Virus record (IMG/VR): IMGVR_UViG_3300025653_000035
Span: 1,094 to 65,093 of that record
DNA: 64,000 nt
Origin: a virus
Lineage: Duplodnaviria > Caudoviricetes
Strand: one strand, 5' to 3'
Of this stretch, positions 26,208 to 34,954 are shown one piece after another. The position numbers and the translations under genes are program-made. Position 1 is the first letter of the stretch. Each line of letters starts with the position of its first letter. The notes under the pieces were generated by a model, which saw only the letters and a program-made list of their open reading frames with translations, was not told the DNA's origin and made no database searches.

Positions 26208-27359
26208 TTAACGATTAGTATTAATAGGTGCGAATATGAAATTATAAGAACTCCATCCAGAATCATCCCAACTCACAATACTGGTGTTTGTCGAGAGTTC
26301 CAATTCAATATAATCATTGGCAGCAACTTCAATTGTTGCAGTTCCAATAATCGAGTCCCAAAAACCACTTGTAGATGTTATCAAAGCATTTCTATTTGCA
26401 TTACTACCATTTAATTTAACTTTGATATGTTCATAATGTGCTGACGTAGTTGCATTACCAGTTTTAATGTCTTGATGATAATTTAAATGAACTACACCAG
26501 CGACTGAAAAAGTAATCCTACTTGGATTTGTTACTGTAGAGTGGACGATAACAGAATCATTAGTATTTTGAATTGGTGTGAAATCTAAATCACCACCATT
26601 TAGGGCTACAAGACCAGTATCTGCGGTATTTCCATTAGTTGTTCTAAATGATGCCATCTCAATATATTGGGAATCGGTGCCACGCATTGTCACGTCACCA
26701 TTGTTCCTGACCATTACGGCACCAGCAACACTAGTTACATCACTACCAATTGCAGTCTGTTGTGCTGGTGCGGTTACAATTTGTGCCCCATTTCCCCACA
26801 TTTCAAGTGCAACTCTTCCACTACTGAAGTTGCCAAAACTTGATACGTATCCACTAGAACCAGTTTTGGGACGCATTCCATAACTAAGGATTGTTGCACC
26901 ATTGGAATAATGAGATCCGAGAATATTCAGTACATCCCCTGCCTCACTATAATGTCCTTCAATAATAGTAGTACCATTAGTTGCCTGGTCCGTTCCTGCT
27001 CGGATTTTACCACTGTAAACTTCAAGTTTTGTCGCTGGATTGGTGGTCCCGATGCCGACATTGCCACTTGAATCTATTCTAACTCTCTCACTACCATTCG
27101 TTAATGCGGTAATGGTATTCGTAGATCCACTTATCGTCGCACCAGTCGCTAATGTTACATCACCTGTTACATTGCCAGTTATATTACCACTAAAAGTCGT
27201 AGCAGTTACAATGCCAAGATTATCTACGTTTCCGCTATCATCAGACGCAACGACTTTTGTTCCACTAGTAGGCAGTTCAAGCGTATTATTTCCTGCATTC
27301 TGTCCAGCAGAAATTTCTACATATCCACTATTCTCGCCTGTCAGTTTAATCTTGGACAT
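26208..27359 (-). CDS. Tail fibre protein
   Basis: VTATTFSGN; ERVRIDSSGNVGIGTTNPATKLEV repeat; C1q-like end. Confidence 0.7.
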   Translation of the reverse strand: MSKIKLTGENSGYVEISAGQNAGNNTLELPTSGTKVVASDDSGNVDNLGIVTATTFSGNITGNVTGDVTLATGATISGSTNTITALTNGSERVRIDSSGNVGIGTTNPATKLEVYSGKIRAGTDQATNGTTIIEGHYSEAGDVLNILGSHYSNGATILSYGMRPKTGSSGYVSSFGNFSSGRVALEMWGNGAQIVTAPAQQTAIGSDVTSVAGAVMVRNNGDVTMRGTDSQYIEMASFRTTNGNTADTGLVALNGGDLDFTPIQNTNDSVIVHSTVTNPSRITFSVAGVVHLNYHQDIKTGNATTSAHYEHIKVKLNGSNANRNALITSTSGFWDSIIGTATIEVAANDYIELELSTNTSIVSWDDSGWSSYNFIFAPINTNR

Positions 27360-27388
27360 CTTATATAATACTTTTTAGATATTTAGGT

Positions 27389-27760
27389 TTACGATTCCCT
27401 ACTTGCTTCTAAATCTGCCAATGCCAGCCTCTTTCTTTCTTCAAGAACTTCGGGTTCCATCACTTGCTTTGGATACTTATCTTTGACTGCTTGGACGGTT
27501 GCCTTCCAGGCATCTACACCTTCGTGATAGATTTGGTCAAACTGGTCAGCATAAGAAGGGTATTCAGCAGCACGTTGTCTCTGATACTCGTTGACTTCTT
27601 CTTGATATTCTAGTTCGGCAACCTTCTGGACGATTTCTTCTTCGGTTGGTAAAATTATATCATCAGAAACTTCGGTCAACCACTTATGATTTTGTCCTTT
27701 GACTACCCACCCAACTCCATCGGGTGCTAATTGTTTTAATGCTTTACTGTAATAATTCAT
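27389..27760 (-). CDS. Tail fibre assembly chaperone-like (XkdW-like)
   Basis: ALKQLAP; PTEEEI; YQRQRAAEYPSYADQFD; VKDKYPK. Confidence 0.65.
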   Translation of the reverse strand: MNYYSKALKQLAPDGVGWVVKGQNHKWLTEVSDDIILPTEEEIVQKVAELEYQEEVNEYQRQRAAEYPSYADQFDQIYHEGVDAWKATVQAVKDKYPKQVMEPEVLEERKRLALADLEASRES

Positions 27761-28383
27761 TGTAGGAACTCCATAACATATGCTTTTGGTGAATAATAAC
27801 GGTCATCTCTTATAAGAAGAGTGTTACCACTGTCAGTACCAATAGTCATACATATACTTACAAAATTACTTGAATGGTGAATAAAACCACTGCGATTTCT
27901 AGCTATGTAGTGATTATCACCAGAGGTCACTCCACTTGAAGCATTTGCACCCACAACATATCCAGAAATAACGCCAACCGCTTTTTGTGATTCCACTAAA
28001 CTATTATCAGAAGAATTTGCTTGAGCATCAGCACCACCATTAGTAATAATGGTATCAACGGTATACGCATTTTCTTGTGTGTGGTCAAAAAGTATGTTTT
28101 CTCTCCAATATCCTTCTGGATCTCCAATACTAAATTGAAATTCAACATACAAAATACTATTTGGATCTCTCTTATAATATGTAAATGTAGGATCTATTAC
28201 ATATCCATTATTAGAGTTTCCAACATCGATAGTATAATTATCAACACCAGTATTTGAACTATGATAGAAAGCAGAACCAATGCAAGAACCTAATGGCATC
28301 TTATCATAAGGAACGTGAGAGTAATCAAGTTCCTTTAACTTTTCTCTTATATTAAATGCTGGTTTATTTGCTCTGACTGTCAT
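27757..28383 (-). CDS. Virion structural protein
   Basis: MTVRANKPAFNIREKLKELD; coupled to the 720-aa LamG protein. Confidence 0.55.
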   Translation of the reverse strand: MTVRANKPAFNIREKLKELDYSHVPYDKMPLGSCIGSAFYHSSNTGVDNYTIDVGNSNNGYVIDPTFTYYKRDPNSILYVEFQFSIGDPEGYWRENILFDHTQENAYTVDTIITNGGADAQANSSDNSLVESQKAVGVISGYVVGANASSGVTSGDNHYIARNRSGFIHHSSNFVSICMTIGTDSGNTLLIRDDRYYSPKAYVMEFLQ

Positions 28384-28386
28384 TGA

Positions 28387-30549
28387 TTATTGCTCCACTA
28401 CAAAACTATCATACGCAGAAATCGCAGTGGTGACTGCTGTGGTTGTATTATTTATTCTACGTAGTCCTTGGAATTCTGAACGACCACTTGAAGTTCCAAC
28501 ATGAAGTCTTTCGGTTACTTCATCATAAGCAAGTGCTGTTACAGCATCAGAGGAACCGTAAAGGGTACAAGCAGCGTTCTCTTGGAATAAGAACTTCTCG
28601 TCCTCATAGATTTTTTTGATTTGTTCGGCGGAAGGTGCTGATGCTGATAGTCTCAATAAACTCATGGATGTATTACTAGAAGGAGATGCATAATTATAAT
28701 CTATACCAACATTTAATATATTACTACTATGTGAAAGGTCTCTTGATGTTGCTGAAATGAAAGTTTCCTCACCATTTACAAAAAAACTAATTCCAGTACT
28801 TTTTCTAATCATTGTCAAATGAGTCCAGACATTTTGTGGAATTACTGGTCCGTTATTTGTATTTGTGGTTGAGGCACCATTTTGTTGATAAAAAGAAAAA
28901 TTTCCTGTAGTAGCAAGAATATACATCGCAAATCTATTTCCAGTATCATCTGTTCCATTCCATTGAGAAAGTAAAACTTGAATATTACTATATGATGTCA
29001 CTTTAACCCAACACATAATACAGAAGTCACTGGTTCCAAAGTTTAAATCGGAATTGTATGGTTGTTCCAAATAATTACTTGTACTCCAATTACTATATGC
29101 AACCAGTTCGGCACCAGTGGCAACGGCACTCTTGGTGATTGTCCCATAAACAGTAAGTGAGTTATTATTTACTGAACGGTCTGGGTCTGTCTGTCCGTTT
29201 GTCTTATCAGTAGTATCAGTATCAGACAGGAAAGCACCTTTGATTGCTCCGTGCATCCATCCTGTGTTGTAAGAGGTGGTGGCATAAGCAACTCTACTAC
29301 TCAAAATATCATCAAGTTCATTATCTAAGAATGTTATTCCCTCACCGCTGGCAATTGCTTGCGGTAAAACTTCATTAATTCCAGTAGAACTAGTGTTACC
29401 ACCCAATATTCTAGGTCTTCCATTATCATATCCACCAGTTGTAGTCTGATATGAATCATTTTGAATTACCGTGAATGTTGTATCACCTGCAGGAATATCT
29501 TCTACGATAACTCTCCTTCTAAAAGTATTATCGTCATTTACATCAGACTCGAATAATACTTTGGTGTTATCCTCAGAAAATGCAACATTTCTACAAGTTT
29601 CGTGAGTTCCACCATCATGCTCAAGGTCAACAACAACATCATCATCCTTAATAATACTCACACCACGATCAGTCGCAACGGCAATAGTGGGGATTGGAAG
29701 TCCAGTAGCATCGTCAATGGGTGCGTTTGGTAGCACGGTCATTGCTACGTCGTTTACTGCGGAATTTACTAGTCCTATTGTACTTGAATACGGTTCAAAT
29801 GTAATAGATGCGAGAGTATTTCTATCTGCAATTGTTTCTAATATATCATATGTTCCAGATGCACCTGTCACCCTATATCTTACAGATTTTTCATTTATAA
29901 AGTTAATAGTAGTGGCACCATTAGAGTTATGACCACTAGTTATTATCCCATTTAACGCAGTAACAGATGTTCCTCCAGTTGTGAAATATTCTAAAAGATA
30001 TGATGTATCGCCATTATTATTTGCCTCAAAAACCATCCACATAGGCAAGTCTGGATCGTCACCATCATATATTTTTAAAAATCCTGCTTCTCTAACAATC
30101 ACAGCAACAGCAGGAAACTCTCTTCTACTACCTCTGGTTGCAGTATTTAAGGTCTCATTATACCAAGAGGTGTGTTGAGTTCTCTTTCTCCAAGCACCAC
30201 CATCAGAGTCCTTTGAAGTATCGTAAACAAAGATATCAACAGCAGTATCAGAGATTTCAGAACTGATACCAGCGATCGTTGTTGTTCCTGCAAGATTGCC
30301 AACGATATCTCCCGTTACATTACCAGTTAGGTCACCAATGATACCACTTCTAGCAGTAATAATACCAATTGAATCAATATTAGTTACGTCCTCATAAGTA
30401 ATTGTACCACCTATGGTTACATTACCATTTACATTTAAACTATTAGTGGTTACAAGTCCAACAAATACAGCACCGCCATCTTGAGTTAATTGTAAATTAA
30501 CATCTCCCGAATCCGGATTTTGTAAATTATTAGTGCGTAAAGTTGACAT
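28387..30549 (-). CDS. Tail fibre/adhesin with C-terminal LamG-like domain
   Basis: ITYEDVTNIDSIG; DTSKDSDGGAWRKR; DFCIMCWVK...WTHLTMIR...FFVNG. Confidence 0.7.
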   Translation of the reverse strand: MSTLRTNNLQNPDSGDVNLQLTQDGGAVFVGLVTTNSLNVNGNVTIGGTITYEDVTNIDSIGIITARSGIIGDLTGNVTGDIVGNLAGTTTIAGISSEISDTAVDIFVYDTSKDSDGGAWRKRTQHTSWYNETLNTATRGSRREFPAVAVIVREAGFLKIYDGDDPDLPMWMVFEANNNGDTSYLLEYFTTGGTSVTALNGIITSGHNSNGATTINFINEKSVRYRVTGASGTYDILETIADRNTLASITFEPYSSTIGLVNSAVNDVAMTVLPNAPIDDATGLPIPTIAVATDRGVSIIKDDDVVVDLEHDGGTHETCRNVAFSEDNTKVLFESDVNDDNTFRRRVIVEDIPAGDTTFTVIQNDSYQTTTGGYDNGRPRILGGNTSSTGINEVLPQAIASGEGITFLDNELDDILSSRVAYATTSYNTGWMHGAIKGAFLSDTDTTDKTNGQTDPDRSVNNNSLTVYGTITKSAVATGAELVAYSNWSTSNYLEQPYNSDLNFGTSDFCIMCWVKVTSYSNIQVLLSQWNGTDDTGNRFAMYILATTGNFSFYQQNGASTTNTNNGPVIPQNVWTHLTMIRKSTGISFFVNGEETFISATSRDLSHSSNILNVGIDYNYASPSSNTSMSLLRLSASAPSAEQIKKIYEDEKFLFQENAACTLYGSSDAVTALAYDEVTERLHVGTSSGRSEFQGLRRINNTTTAVTTAISAYDSFVVEQ

Positions 30550-30579
30550 TCTATACTACTTCTTTTTTGAATATTTATC

Positions 30580-30870
30580 CTAGGAAGGTTTAGTTGGCCA
30601 AACAACATCTAACATATTAGTATAGTTTTGAGGAACATCTCTCAGTTCTTGTCTATATGTTTGCCATGCAATTTTAGTTGCTTCTGGAACATCGGGCAAT
30701 TGAGTCCAATCAGTCTCAGAAATTCTTCTATCTCGTTCACTTCTCAACCAATTCATATCATCTTCGGAAGTAGGAACTGGTCCTGATTCTTCTGAAGATC
30801 TTGCTGCATTGACATTCATTCTTGCAATATCTTCTACAAGTATTTGCTGATATCTCTCGGATGAAATCAT
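30580..30870 (-). CDS. Phage tail assembly chaperone
   Basis: LRSERDRRISETDWTQLPDVP; WQTYRQELRDVP; WPTKP. Confidence 0.75.
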   Translation of the reverse strand: MISSERYQQILVEDIARMNVNAARSSEESGPVPTSEDDMNWLRSERDRRISETDWTQLPDVPEATKIAWQTYRQELRDVPQNYTNMLDVVWPTKPS

Positions 30871-30883
30871 TTTTTACTCCCTA

Positions 30884-32125
30884 TTACCATTGTGCAGATG
30901 TACTGCTTGTTCTTTTAGTATCTATAATTTCTAAGTCATGTTGCATATATGAAGCATACTCACCACCAGATCCACAGTGTTCTATACGATACCCAACATA
31001 AGTGCCAGCATTCAATACAATCACAAGATATCCAGGATCTGCATTTGTATTGTACACACTATGAACGGTAGCTCTTCCTTGATTATTAATGTTCAATCCA
31101 TATGGAGTGTATCTATAACTAGAGCTGCCATAACGATACATACCAACATACGATTCTGTATAATGACTATATGCATAATATCCAGTAACACGGAACATTG
31201 TCATAGAAGAATCATTCCAAATAGTTCTGAGTCTGACATGTAAATAACCAGCACCGCTAGGATAGTTTCCATCACTATCGTTTGGTCCCACTGTTCCAAG
31301 ATCTCTCCAGAATGATCCGTCTGGGTATGTAATATTAAATGCAGGATGATCTGGATTTGCTCTTAAATCAAGTTTTGCTCTGCTCGTATCTGTACCATTA
31401 ATAACAACATCACCATCACCTCTAATATCTAGTCTCCGTTCATTATTTGTATAAAATGAAGTGGATGTATTATGTGCGTTGTAAAATACCCAAGAGTTGC
31501 CACCAGCGTATCCTGTGGAAAGAGGACTTGACTTCCAAATCCAACTACTAGGTTCATCACCAATTTTCCATTCTATCTGAGCATAATTGGAATTAGATCC
31601 ATCATTACCTGCACGAACACTTATTATACTATTACTATCATCATAAGTTTGAAACTTTCTAGTTGGTGCAGAAGTTCCAATTCCAACAGCATTGGACTTT
31701 GTTATTAGTACAGGATTTGTATGATCTTCTCCACCAACAAATAATCCATAATGATCACTTGAACTATTATCTTCCCATATGTGAACTGTTGATGGAGCAC
31801 CTCCACCACCATTATAAAAAAACGCGGTTGACGCATCATTACTTGATTGTCTTACATCAAGTTTTGCTCTTGGTTGTGTAGATCCAATACCAATGTTACC
31901 ACTTGAAACTATACGAAGTCTCTCATCATTATGAGTCGATAATATAACAGTATTTTCTTCTCCATGAACAGTAGCACCAGTTCCTACTGTTATGCTACCT
32001 GTTACATTGCCTGTTACATTACCATTGATAGTACTATCAATGGAAGATGCAGTGAGAACACCAACAACATTAAGTCCTTGGTCAACTCCGTTAATTTTAC
32101 CAGATCCGTCAATAGATAGTGGCAT
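30884..32125 (-). CDS. Tail fibre protein
   Basis: ERLRIVSSGNIGIGSTQPRAKLDV-type repeats. Confidence 0.65.
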   Translation of the reverse strand: MPLSIDGSGKINGVDQGLNVVGVLTASSIDSTINGNVTGNVTGSITVGTGATVHGEENTVILSTHNDERLRIVSSGNIGIGSTQPRAKLDVRQSSNDASTAFFYNGGGGAPSTVHIWEDNSSSDHYGLFVGGEDHTNPVLITKSNAVGIGTSAPTRKFQTYDDSNSIISVRAGNDGSNSNYAQIEWKIGDEPSSWIWKSSPLSTGYAGGNSWVFYNAHNTSTSFYTNNERRLDIRGDGDVVINGTDTSRAKLDLRANPDHPAFNITYPDGSFWRDLGTVGPNDSDGNYPSGAGYLHVRLRTIWNDSSMTMFRVTGYYAYSHYTESYVGMYRYGSSSYRYTPYGLNINNQGRATVHSVYNTNADPGYLVIVLNAGTYVGYRIEHCGSGGEYASYMQHDLEIIDTKRTSSTSAQW

Positions 32126-32136
32126 TTATTTTCTCC

Positions 32137-32547
32137 TTATACTACGGTCCAGACAGAACCTGCTGGAATAGTGACTACAACACTTGCGTCCAAAGTGATA
32201 GGTCCCGCTGACATTGCATTCTTCCCTGTCGTAATCGTATACGAGGAACTCACACTCGTATCGTTTTCATAAAACACTGCATTACCAGAATTACCAGAGG
32301 CACCACCAAAACCACCCCAGGCAGTTGCATAACCCTCAAACTGCTGATTCTCGCTGTTATAGCGAATCATACCTGCAGTAGGCGTTCCAGGTCTCTCTGC
32401 TGAAGTTCCTGAAGGTATTTGTATTGATGTTGTAGTTGTAAAACCTGCTTCCCCAGTTACTGATAATGTATTGATACCAGCAGAACCAGAGACTGATATT
32501 GAAGATACCGTTCCAATACCAGCAGATACAATCTTAGTAAATGCCAT
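32137..32547 (-). CDS. Small fibre/adaptor protein
   Basis: PSGTSAERP; GMIRYNSE..QFEGY; NAMSAGPIT...WTVV. Confidence 0.6.
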   Translation of the reverse strand: MAFTKIVSAGIGTVSSISVSGSAGINTLSVTGEAGFTTTTSIQIPSGTSAERPGTPTAGMIRYNSENQQFEGYATAWGGFGGASGNSGNAVFYENDTSVSSSYTITTGKNAMSAGPITLDASVVVTIPAGSVWTVV

Positions 32548-32570
32548 TTATAATGACTATTTTCTTTTAT

Positions 32571-33104
32571 TTATCGCACTTCCATATCCCAAGAGGTTAT
32601 CATACGCAACTTATTTGTCTGCATTGCATCGGCATAATGCACTAATACACTTGGCCAAATATACATCACTCCTTCTTTCGGTTCTGGTATCGATGCAATG
32701 TTAGTTGTGTCTGATACTGGGTCATTCCACGGTCCAATGAACTTGGTCGGTGTATGAACCTTTTCATCATATTCAAGATACATCAGTCCAGTGTAACCAA
32801 TAGACCGATGATTGTGGGGACAGTGGTTTTCCGTCTTCTTGGTATATTTTAGAGTCCAAATATCCATTACTCGGAGATACTCTAAGTTTGCTTCCTTCTT
32901 AAACTCTTCCAACTCCTCAGAAAAGATACCCTCAAAGTCAAGAGAGTATCTGTTCTTCTTGGTGTGTCTATCGGTCTGAAAGGTATTCAGACCGTGATAT
33001 CCAAAGTCACTTCTATTGATTCTAGAAAGAAGTGCTTTTTTCTTTCTATCCCACTCTTTCACCTCATAAGAATAGAGAGGCACATAGAACAATAGATTCA
33101 ACAT
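32571..33104 (-). CDS. Putative 2OG-Fe(II) oxygenase (TIGR02466-like, HxH)
   Basis: PHNH; YTGLMYL; PKEGVMYIWPSVLVH; RMITSWD. Confidence 0.7.
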   Translation of the reverse strand: MLNLLFYVPLYSYEVKEWDRKKKALLSRINRSDFGYHGLNTFQTDRHTKKNRYSLDFEGIFSEELEEFKKEANLEYLRVMDIWTLKYTKKTENHCPHNHRSIGYTGLMYLEYDEKVHTPTKFIGPWNDPVSDTTNIASIPEPKEGVMYIWPSVLVHYADAMQTNKLRMITSWDMEVR

Positions 33105-33814
33105 TATCTGTCGTTAGCGTGATGAACAAAAGGACCTTGTGAGTTTACATAGTGAAGGAAGATTTGATGGTGATAAGTATCGTCTTCTTTCTTACTCCAA
33201 CTACGCCACTTTCTTTCCAGTCCACTGTATTTGGATTGTAGAGGATCACGCCAGTGCTCACGCTCACAACCCTTATAGACAGCAGCATCCCCATTCTTCA
33301 TTAGAACGTAAGACTCACTACCATCAGGACGCTCGAACCAAATAGGCCAAGGATTCTCAGAGTTGGTGCTAATTTGAAGAGTAACACTAACTTCACAAGC
33401 AGGTCGGTCACTATGACGCTTCAGTTGTTGTCCGACATAATAGAATCTGTCATAGAAGTAAGTAGGAAGCAAGTCCATACCAAGACGCTTCTCCACTTCC
33501 TTACGAACAAGATAATGAAGTTGCTTATACATCGGCACATTATATCGTGCCAATGAACCGTTCACCTGCTTCTCATCAGGAATATAAGTGTACTTATCCT
33601 TACGGATATAGTTCATCTGACCTGTCAGACGATTACCATTCTCATCTAGTGGAGGGTCGCAGTAAAGATTTTGAGGATCTGCAATAAGTCCTGGAAGAGC
33701 AAGATAACCATTCTTCTCAAAAGACTCATTCTTACTCATATTGGTGGTAGTTGGAGTAGCACATTTCTGATATCCCTCTTCATAAACACCACCAGTTGAT
33801 ACAAACTCTTTCAT
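33104..33814 (-). CDS. Putative 2OG-Fe(II) oxygenase (start reassigned to MKEF, TGATG overlap)
   Basis: RHSDRPACEVSVTL; GDAAVYKG..REHWR; HQIFLHYV. Confidence 0.75.
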   Translation of the reverse strand: MKEFVSTGGVYEEGYQKCATPTTTNMSKNESFEKNGYLALPGLIADPQNLYCDPPLDENGNRLTGQMNYIRKDKYTYIPDEKQVNGSLARYNVPMYKQLHYLVRKEVEKRLGMDLLPTYFYDRFYYVGQQLKRHSDRPACEVSVTLQISTNSENPWPIWFERPDGSESYVLMKNGDAAVYKGCEREHWRDPLQSKYSGLERKWRSWSKKEDDTYHHQIFLHYVNSQGPFVHHANDR

Positions 33815-34431
33815 CACTTCCACCTCGGACCAACAACCCAACCAACAAGACTCTTACGCATACCAGAGCGAACACGACGAACACGGTGCTTAGTGCGTGA
33901 GTCAAATACCATCAGAGTTCCACGCTGTTTAGGTGCAAAGTATGTCTTGCCACTATTATCAAGGAACTGAACTTCTCCGCCAGTGTAGTCACTAGGATCA
34001 GAGAGTTGAACTGCAAAAGACAGTTTTCTTACAGTCTCACCTTGCAGTGTAACTTGGTCTTGACTCAAATTGGTGCCAGAACTAGGAACCAATTGTGGTT
34101 TGTAGAAAGTATCGATATCAGCATCTTGGTGCCAGTTATAAAACTGTCCTTCACCATATTGAGTATATTGAATACTACCACCATCAATATCATATAAGTC
34201 ATAACAGAAGTTCTCTCTGTTAATCTTATCGATGTAATACCACAACCAACCGCCGATCCAGTGCGAGGTAGGAATCCAAGCGTTCTTACTATTACGGATT
34301 ACTTTATCTACTTGCTCTCCCATAATCTGGGAGTCTTGTGCAACTGCATCAAATGTTTGAACGTCTTTTTCTATGATTTCTACAATTTCAGTCGGCAAAT
34401 TAGTCATATGCCAACAAGTCAGATACGCCAT
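33814..34431 (-). CDS. 2OG-Fe(II) oxygenase (PKHD/prolyl-hydroxylase-like)
   Basis: YNWHQD; RKLSFAVQLS..SDYTGGE; FDSRTKHRV; RKSLVGW. Confidence 0.85.
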   Translation of the reverse strand: MAYLTCWHMTNLPTEIVEIIEKDVQTFDAVAQDSQIMGEQVDKVIRNSKNAWIPTSHWIGGWLWYYIDKINRENFCYDLYDIDGGSIQYTQYGEGQFYNWHQDADIDTFYKPQLVPSSGTNLSQDQVTLQGETVRKLSFAVQLSDPSDYTGGEVQFLDNSGKTYFAPKQRGTLMVFDSRTKHRVRRVRSGMRKSLVGWVVGPRWK

Positions 34432-34453
34432 AATTGAGTACTAGTTTCAGTTT

Positions 34454-34482
34454 ATTATAGTTGAATGTGCCCCAACAGTCAA
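34454..34482 (-). promoter_or_regulatory. Sigma70 promoter TTGACT-N17-TATAAT for the oxygenase cluster
   Basis: Hexamers 34482-34477 and 34459-34454. Confidence 0.85.
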
Positions 34483-34553
34483 TCGACCCTGGAGACTAAA
34501 ATTTTTACCGGGAATTTTTCCCCCGATCTTTGAAAACAAAAGTCGATTTTGAT

Positions 34554-34922
34554 TCAGAGTTCGGGTTCTGGACCTTCGGGTTTGGGGTGTGCTTCCTTTA
34601 CTTTATCGATAGCAGCAACCCAACTACCATCTGCTAGATTACCAGACTTAATATCTTGATACAACATATCAAGTTGGTCTCTCCAATCGGGATATGCTTC
34701 TTGTCTGTTTCTTTCGTAAAGGAAGTAGTTGTAGATATCTACTTCTCTTTCAACTTCTGCTTGAATTTCTTCCCACGTTGGTGCTTCCCTACCTTGATCG
34801 TCTTCAAATCTTGTGAAAGTAGTGTTTGATAGGTCCCAACGAGAACCTGGACGAAGTGTATTGATTGCGGTGTCTACACCAGGAATAGGGTACTGCTTAC
34901 CCTTGAACTTTCTGTATGCCAT
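34554..34922 (-). CDS. Tail fibre assembly chaperone-like (XkdW-like)
   Basis: AINTLRPGSRW; PTWEEI; RNRQEAYPDWRDQLDMLY; VKEAHPK. Confidence 0.65.
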   Translation of the reverse strand: MAYRKFKGKQYPIPGVDTAINTLRPGSRWDLSNTTFTRFEDDQGREAPTWEEIQAEVEREVDIYNYFLYERNRQEAYPDWRDQLDMLYQDIKSGNLADGSWVAAIDKVKEAHPKPEGPEPEL

Positions 34923-34954
34923 ATAGTCAAGTAATTGATATACAGCAGTATTTA

